A program made the position numbers and the translations under genes. A DNA stretch of 64,000 nucleotides from Burkholderiales bacterium. Lineage in GTDB: Bacteria > Pseudomonadota > Gammaproteobacteria > Burkholderiales > Burkholderiaceae_D. Location: assembly GCA_003136595.1 (NCBI GenBank), contig PLEY01000006.1, positions 40,169-104,168 of the forward strand. The letters run 5' to 3'. The notes beneath the pieces are model-generated. The model was not told the DNA's origin, did no database searches, and saw only the letters and a program-made list of their open reading frames with translations. Each line of letters opens with the position of its first letter. The stretch's first letter is position 1. Of this stretch, positions 58,801 to 64,000 are shown one piece after another.

Positions 58801-61800
58801 CGCGAAAGCAGCCGCCAGCTTGCCGTCCGGAGGCAATCTCGCAGGCATCGCACAGTTCTACACCCGACCCGAGTACTCGGCCGGAACCACCAACGTCGCC
58901 CTGCGAGCACCGAATCTATCGGGCAGCCCGCTCGTCGTCGAGACGGGTGCCGCCATCGTCACCAATCCAAAATCGACGATTACCTTACAGGCAGCAGGCG
59001 GCATCACGGTCGATGGCAGCCTTACGGCCCCCGACGGCACGATCAATTTGAATGTCACGGGCCAGTTCAATGCTGCGGGCAACGACCTTGCCGCAGTTCC
59101 CCTGATCCTTGGCAGTTCCTCAGTACTCTCAACGGCGGGAATTTTCGTCACGACGCCCAACACGCAGGGGCTCACAACAGGTTCGATCCTCGGCGGCGGC
59201 ACGGTCTCGCTGTCGGCCCGCAATGGCAGCGTCACGGCCCTTCCCGGGTCGACCATTGACATCGGTGGCACGAGCCACGCGCTAAGCGTCGCCACGGGGA
59301 CCACGACCCAGCCCTTCGTGACGCCTATCCTCGGCAGCGACGCTGGGCTCCTCACGATTTCATCGACCGACGGTATCAGCATGAATGGCACCATCGACGC
59401 AGCAGGCGGGACTGCGCAGAATGCAGGTGGCAGCTTTGTGGCGACCCTGACCAATCGCAACGCCGGCACCTATGCACCCAGTACATCGCTCTCGCGCAAC
59501 ATCGTGGTGAGCCAGGGTGATGTACCGCCGCCTGCGGATGGAGCGATCGACGCGAGCCTCTCGATGGCCTCGCTGCAGTCCGCAGGCTTCGACAAAATAC
59601 GCCTCCAAAGTGAATCGGCCATCGTTTTTCAGGGTCAGGTCAACGCGACTTTTGCGCGCGGCATCACGCTCGACTCCCCGGAGTATCTTCTTAGCCCCGG
59701 TGCCAATGTGTCGCTTGCGAGCGCGCAACTGGAATTGGCCAACTCGTTTGGCTCGCGCGTACCGGATCTGATCAATCAGACCAATGGTCCCACGCCGCTG
59801 CACAACGGGTTGGCCTCGGATGGTTCGCCTTCGACTCCGGTTCCCACCGTGTCGGGCACCGGAACCTTTACCGCAGAGGGCGCGGTTGTCGATCTGTTCG
59901 GCAGCCTCACCATCAACGGGGCGCAACAGGTCAATATCGTCAGTCAGAGCGACCTGCGGCTGAGCGGGCGTCAAGTCGGCTCACCGGGTTCGCCCGCCGG
60001 GGCTGCTTTGATCGGCTCGCTGACAAGCCAAGCCAATATCAACCTGGTGGCGGCGCAGGTCTACCCGACCACGCAATCGCAGTTCAGCGTGCAGGTGGCC
60101 GATCAACCCGATGCGACTGCGGGCGACGCCACACGGGTTCAAGGTGGGGTGATCACCATCCAGGGTAACGGACATGCTGCGGCACCCGCATTGTCCGCAG
60201 GCGGTCAAGTTACCCTCTCCGCGGATGAGATTAACCAGAACGGGGTGCTCATTGCACCCTTTGGCGAGATCACGCTCGCAGCCGGCTCCAACCTGAATCT
60301 GGGTCCACAGAGCCGAACCTCGGTATCCGGTGCGGGCCTGCTGGTACCGTTCGGCGAGACCAATGCCGGGATCCAGTGGCTCTATTCTGCGACCAACAAC
60401 GATCCTGGTTTCAACGAGATCGTGGCGCCACCGACCAAGAACATTTCCTTTAGCGCCCAAAACATCGACCAGAAGCCCGGTGCCGTGGTCGATATTGCGG
60501 GAGGAGGGGATATTCTGGGCATCGAGTTCGTGCCGCACTCCTCGAGCTCACAGGACCTTCTACTGCAACCGAACACCTATGCGATCCTGCCGGCCGCACA
60601 CCTCCCCGCGGCCCCGTACGATCCGGATATCGCGGCCCGGGCGGACGACGGCATCGGCTTCTCGCCGACCCAGAACCGTGACGCGGCGGTCTACAACAGC
60701 ATCAAAATCGGCGCGGGAGCTGTCGTGCCTCAAGGCAACTATGTCCTGCTGCCGGCCACCTATGCGCTCCTACCGGGGGCCTATCTGGTGCAGGTGCAAA
60801 CAGCAAACAAGTACCAGAACCTTCCTTTTGGCGCGAGCTATAGTCTCCCCAATGGCACTGCGGTGGTGAGCGCCCAGTTGGCCGTCGCGAATACCGACAT
60901 TTCGCAGAGCCAGACAATCGGCGTGATCCTGCAACCGGGTGCAGCCGCTGCACTGAAGGCGTCCGACTACAACCTCGATCGGAGCAGTTTCTTCGTTCAG
61001 TATGCGAAGACCGCTGGGTTGCCGACGCCTTCGACCACGGCCGATGCGGGTCACCTAGTCGTCGATGCGGGCACGTCTTTGCAGCTTGCCGGAACCTTCG
61101 ACACGCAAGGCGCAGCGGGTGGCGCGGGTGGCGAGGTCGATCTGACCGCTACGAAGATCGCGATCGTCGATCAGACCGGAAATCCCGCGATCGACTCCAG
61201 TTTCGTCCAATTCCAGGCGGGCCAGCTGACCAAGTTCGGAGGTGACCTCCTGATCGGTGGTACGCGCACCATTGCGGATGGCACTGCCACGATCACCTCG
61301 GGCGCGAGCGACATCGTGGTCGAGAACACCGCCCAGTCCCCCCTGACGGCCTCCGAGCTCATCCTGACGGCAAGCCAGAGCATCGAGTTCAAGCCGGGCA
61401 GCGTGGTGACTGCGAGTGGCCGGGCCTTGGGCGAACAACTGCCCATCGTGGCCGACCCTTCGGGTGCGCTGGTCCGGGCCTCAAATTCTGGACTTGTGAC
61501 GGTGACGCGCGGTCCGACCGGGGGCGCCGCGGGCGGCGAAATACTCGTGGATGCAGGCGCGACCATCAACGCGCAGTCCTCGATCCAGCTCAATGCCACG
61601 CAAGGCACCCAGGTTGCGGGAACCTTGCATGTCGCTCCCGGCGGGGGTATCGCGCTCGCGGCGCCCGGTATCAGCCTTGGCGACGTCACCGGCCTTCCGA
61701 CCAATGCCGGATTGAGCTTGACGAACGGGCAACTCGCGAATTTCGCGCAGCTCGGAACGCTTGATTTGAGCAGCACCGGCTCGATCGACATCTATGGAGC

Positions 61801-64000
61801 GACGGTACTTGGGGGGCCGCAGCTGGGTAACTTGACGCTCGACGCGACGGCGCTCCTCGCGCATCTCGGCTCGACCTCCAATGCGGCTGCCAACACGACC
61901 ATCGAGGCCGGCTCTTTCGCGTTTCAAAACACTTCGGGCCTGGTATCGAACGCATCCCTGCCTGCGGCGGGAGCACTGGCCATCAGTGCGAACCAAGCCA
62001 CGCTGGGTCAGGGTACAAAGCTGATCGCGGGCTTTGGCACAGTCAGCTTGAATCTTGCCGGTACGCTGACTGCGACGGGCGCCGGTGAGCTCGACAGCGC
62101 GGCCCCGACCGCGATCCGGACCGCCCAGATCACGGGTGCAAGCGGCGCCCAGGCGACGCTCCAGGCAGCCGATCTCAACGCGGCCGCCGGCCCCACGTAT
62201 TTCCCCTTGACCCTCAGTGCTTCTGGGAGCAACCAAGTACCTCCTTCAGGTGTCGGCGCACAGCTGAATCTGGTCGCGAGTTCGATTGACGATAGCGCTG
62301 CGATCGTCATGAAGTCGGGCAGCGTCGTGCTGATGGCGAACGGGGCAGGCGCAGCGGGCAACCTGATTCTTGAGCCGGGCGCACTCATCGATGTGGGGGG
62401 CGCATCGAAATCATTCAACGGCGCGACGGTGACCGCCGATGCCGGTAGCGTCGCGCTTAGCGCCAATGGCCTCATCAATCTCGCTACCGGCAGCAGCATC
62501 TCGGTTGCCGCCGGACCCGCCCTGAATGCAGGCGCCCTGTTCCTTGCAGCAGCGCAAATTCAGACCGAGGGCACGCTGCTGGGGACCGGCGGCACCGCCG
62601 GCCAACAAGGCAGCGCGACCCTCGTTGCCGGTCAGCTGGCTCCTTCTGGATTTAGCCAGATCAATGCCGTCCTGAATGCCGGCGGATTCACCGGGGCACG
62701 AAGCCTCGAGCTGCAAAGCGGCGATCTCGTCGTCGCGAGCTCGGACCATATCATCGCGCATGACCTTACCCTATCGGCAGACCAGGGTTCAGTGATCATC
62801 AATGGAGAGCTTGACGCGAACAGCGCAGCTGGAGGGGGCAAGGTTGCCCTCTATGGTGGCAATGGGGTGGTCCTGAATCCGGGCGCCGTCATCAATGCGA
62901 GCGCCACCAGTTCATCAGGGGGCGCTGGTATTGCCGGTGCGAATGGGGGAGCGGTCACGATCGATAGCCGAGCGACCAACCTCGCCTTGCAGGCGGGACT
63001 CGTTTTCCAGCAGGGCGCAACCATTGATCTAAGCCCCGCCCTCGGAGGCAGCGCCGGATCCGTGACTTTCGTGGCCAACCAGAATGCCACCCAGACCGGT
63101 ATCCTCGCCTCACTGGATGGGACCATTCAGAGTCAGGGTCCGGGAGGCAACACACCTGCAGAAGTGATCGCGCAGGGACGCGCGCTCTACTCGACGAGCG
63201 CACCGCTCGCGGGAAACATCGCGAGCTATGCAGCAAGCAATGCGAACTTCATCAACCAGACCACCGCATCGGGTTTAGCGAACCTTTTTGGCGGGCTGAC
63301 CGTCGATGGCGGTGTCAACCCGGTCGCGAGCGCGCAGCGCCAACTCCAGGGCGCCGTCGAACTGGACTCGACGGGGAATCTGACCCTCAATACCGGCTGG
63401 GACCTGACCACCGCCAATTGGCTCGCCGCCGGCGACGTCGGAACCCTGACGCTGCGCGCCGCAGGCAATGTCGTCGTCAACAGTTTCATCGGGCTGCCGA
63501 ACAACACCTCCTTGCCCGCTGGGGCAAGCTGGGGCGTGCAGATCGCGGGTGGGGCGAATCTGAATGCGGCCGATCCGTTGGCAGTCAATCCCCTGTCGAG
63601 CTTTGCCACGTCCGGCCAGGGCAACGTCATCCTCGGAACCGCGGCGTCGGCGCTCCGCACCGGAACAGGCTCGATCGCGATTGCGGCGGGCAACGATTTC
63701 AGCCTCGCCAATGCGCACGCAGTGATCTACACCGTTGGTGAGACAGCGGTCCCCGATTCTGAAAATCGCTGGGGCTCGCAAGGCGGCAGTATTACGATTA
63801 GCGCGCAGCACGACGCTACGGGCGTTGCCAGCGAGTGGATCACGGATTGGATGCGCCGCGATCGCGGCTCGAACAGCGCACCGCCGAGCGGCGACTGGTA
63901 CAGTTATCGTTCGAACTTCTTCGATGGCCTGGGTACATTTGGCGGCGGTGACATCTCCCTGACCGCCGGCAACGACATCAACGACCTGCCGGCGATGGTC
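55880..64000 (+). CDS. giant TpsA exoprotein (filamentous-haemagglutinin family), 3' end beyond the window
   Basis: Not in the supplied ORF track. Frame 2 is open from 55796 to 64000 by my own hand translation. The track lists no frame-2 plus-strand ORF in this span. Candidate starts are ATG 55880 and ATG 55985 (MALAVSSACLALAWGNAGAQ signal). TPS domain: LTVSQSLQNAIVEWQSFNVGSASSVIFKQPNASAAILNRIYDLSPSIIQGAIKANGIVYLVNQNGILFDRGSQVNVGGLVAST. The remainder is G/A/S/T/N-rich beta-helix-like sequence. Confidence 0.85.
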   Translation, partial: MKPPSKNPRAREFHDSPRTLQDPSFLGEPRFRLAKMALAVSSACLALAWGNAGAQVRPGTVPILNPNGVISGAVVGTAAPNGRGGSTLTVSQSLQNAIVEWQSFNVGSASSVIFKQPNASAAILNRIYDLSPSIIQGAIKANGIVYLVNQNGILFDRGSQVNVGGLVASTLNIGNGVFAAGLTSPTQGSVASPTFVGGYDSSGNPTPTVPTGSIQIGRQGDSAAQAPKITAASGGSILIIAPVVNNTSGIITAPDGQVILAAGASVYLYDPGVANPPLGYSPYSNEGTAPASLRGFVVEVSAGDSPVNLTGLLQNTGQISAARGNVTLAGLAVNQAGRVSASSAALYNGTVYLQAGTVDGNGGTVTLAPGSVTEALPDTIDPTKLSQAQTWVGGSVGITGKTIIDQGKVIAPGGSVYMTAKDNSDPTGSRIYLDQGSIVDASGSWSTVPFSDNLLTFKVTSNELANSPDQKGGLLEGSTVVVDLRDPNNILDLSGYISGQLFSVPQKAAAGGSVFFNSAGDVIDRSGSVVNVSGGGFNYTGGYETTTALLGADGKIYNINTAPENVQYVEVLNSFSVNHPQWGLTQTFANPLFNLASYSPAYAQGASAGSITFNQATGLVLDGRLQAQVTVGPNQLANAPRGGTLTIAPLAGSSESYGVDNLTIVQSASDTLTPGFSASTSLTPAESGTGVLGATSLGGSATTPIQFDTLNLTADGTITVPSNVTLKSPIGGTINLNASAINVSGSLVAPSGTVTLATIEPGSLPSANPNLPVSAPPAQSVTLHPGSLLSTAGIWLNDDTPTGAPLGPVLPTAMAAPSGAAPTAAIPTTQGGSIALIAPSNNILAGSVIDVSGGGQIGKNGAITGGNGGKISISASTFEINDANRTTPITTNQIDGTLKGYSLATGGSLILGAGNVSIADAPGASASGATPVLALAPSFFTQGGFSSYDVTGAYGLNVAAGTTIAPTTQTEIVDAKAAASLPSGGNLAGIAQFYTRPEYSAGTTNVALRAPNLSGSPLVVETGAAIVTNPKSTITLQAAGGITVDGSLTAPDGTINLNVTGQFNAAGNDLAAVPLILGSSSVLSTAGIFVTTPNTQGLTTGSILGGGTVSLSARNGSVTALPGSTIDIGGTSHALSVATGTTTQPFVTPILGSDAGLLTISSTDGISMNGTIDAAGGTAQNAGGSFVATLTNRNAGTYAPSTSLSRNIVVSQGDVPPPADGAIDASLSMASLQSAGFDKIRLQSESAIVFQGQVNATFARGITLDSPEYLLSPGANVSLASAQLELANSFGSRVPDLINQTNGPTPLHNGLASDGSPSTPVPTVSGTGTFTAEGAVVDLFGSLTINGAQQVNIVSQSDLRLSGRQVGSPGSPAGAALIGSLTSQANINLVAAQVYPTTQSQFSVQVADQPDATAGDATRVQGGVITIQGNGHAAAPALSAGGQVTLSADEINQNGVLIAPFGEITLAAGSNLNLGPQSRTSVSGAGLLVPFGETNAGIQWLYSATNNDPGFNEIVAPPTKNISFSAQNIDQKPGAVVDIAGGGDILGIEFVPHSSSSQDLLLQPNTYAILPAAHLPAAPYDPDIAARADDGIGFSPTQNRDAAVYNSIKIGAGAVVPQGNYVLLPATYALLPGAYLVQVQTANKYQNLPFGASYSLPNGTAVVSAQLAVANTDISQSQTIGVILQPGAAAALKASDYNLDRSSFFVQYAKTAGLPTPSTTADAGHLVVDAGTSLQLAGTFDTQGAAGGAGGEVDLTATKIAIVDQTGNPAIDSSFVQFQAGQLTKFGGDLLIGGTRTIADGTATITSGASDIVVENTAQSPLTASELILTASQSIEFKPGSVVTASGRALGEQLPIVADPSGALVRASNSGLVTVTRGPTGGAAGGEILVDAGATINAQSSIQLNATQGTQVAGTLHVAPGGGIALAAPGISLGDVTGLPTNAGLSLTNGQLANFAQLGTLDLSSTGSIDIYGATVLGGPQLGNLTLDATALLAHLGSTSNAAANTTIEAGSFAFQNTSGLVSNASLPAAGALAISANQATLGQGTKLIAGFGTVSLNLAGTLTATGAGELDSAAPTAIRTAQITGASGAQATLQAADLNAAAGPTYFPLTLSASGSNQVPPSGVGAQLNLVASSIDDSAAIVMKSGSVVLMANGAGAAGNLILEPGALIDVGGASKSFNGATVTADAGSVALSANGLINLATGSSISVAAGPALNAGALFLAAAQIQTEGTLLGTGGTAGQQGSATLVAGQLAPSGFSQINAVLNAGGFTGARSLELQSGDLVVASSDHIIAHDLTLSADQGSVIINGELDANSAAGGGKVALYGGNGVVLNPGAVINASATSSSGGAGIAGANGGAVTIDSRATNLALQAGLVFQQGATIDLSPALGGSAGSVTFVANQNATQTGILASLDGTIQSQGPGGNTPAEVIAQGRALYSTSAPLAGNIASYAASNANFINQTTASGLANLFGGLTVDGGVNPVASAQRQLQGAVELDSTGNLTLNTGWDLTTANWLAAGDVGTLTLRAAGNVVVNSFIGLPNNTSLPAGASWGVQIAGGANLNAADPLAVNPLSSFATSGQGNVILGTAASALRTGTGSIAIAAGNDFSLANAHAVIYTVGETAVPDSENRWGSQGGSITISAQHDATGVASEWITDWMRRDRGSNSAPPSGDWYSYRSNFFDGLGTFGGGDISLTAGNDINDLPAMV

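Noticed and set aside
56657-63811. Numerous 60-250-aa minus-strand ORFs across the last 8 kb (e.g. 57994-58569, 58858-59469, 59360-59974, 59981-60538, 61171-61791, 61481-62236, 63275-63811)
   Set aside because: They lie antisense to the uninterrupted frame-2 TpsA ORF. Their translations are rich in Arg, Pro and Ala and show no motifs.

Overview
GC-rich proteobacterial chromosome segment. About 58 kb of the 64 kb is one cell-surface and exopolysaccharide (EPS) supercluster of the exosortase/PEP-CTERM type. The left edge (1-5.6 kb) is housekeeping: mtgA (truncated), an EamA transporter, a CDF metal exporter and an MgtA-type P-type ATPase. From 6.1 to 47.6 kb the window holds GDP-fucose precursor genes (manC, fcl, gmd, plus a second short gmd paralog) and a WecA/MraY-type priming transferase. 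It also holds several GT2/GT4/GT9 glycosyltransferases, three SAM methyltransferases, a WcaF-like acetyltransferase, Wzy-like and Wzx-like membrane proteins, a fused exosortase-EpsI protein and the PrsT TPR lipoprotein. An 11-gene minus-strand operon (23586 to 11855) is unusual. It starts with an ExbB fused to DUF2341 and LamG domains, then ExbD, TonB, a porin-like barrel and a coiled-coil protein. It runs straight into the Wza-like exporter, a beta-barrel, a Wzz/GumC chain-length determinant, a kinase-like ATPase, a secreted protein and a lytic transglycosylase. The right third (48.1-64 kb, plus strand) is a two-partner-secretion cluster. It encodes a TpsB, a TPR-GT41 glycosyltransferase, an orphan GspG-like pseudopilin, a small cargo protein with a VPIPAA-type CTERM signal behind a good sigma-54 promoter, and a secreted protein of unknown function. 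It ends with a giant TpsA (filamentous-haemagglutinin-type) ORF that is absent from the supplied ORF track because it runs open off the window end (at least 2707 codons). No rRNA, tRNA, CRISPR array, transposase or integrase was seen. Many long ORFs in the track are antisense or shadow ORFs typical of GC-rich DNA and were rejected. All family assignments come from reading motifs in the translations and need HMM or BLAST confirmation.
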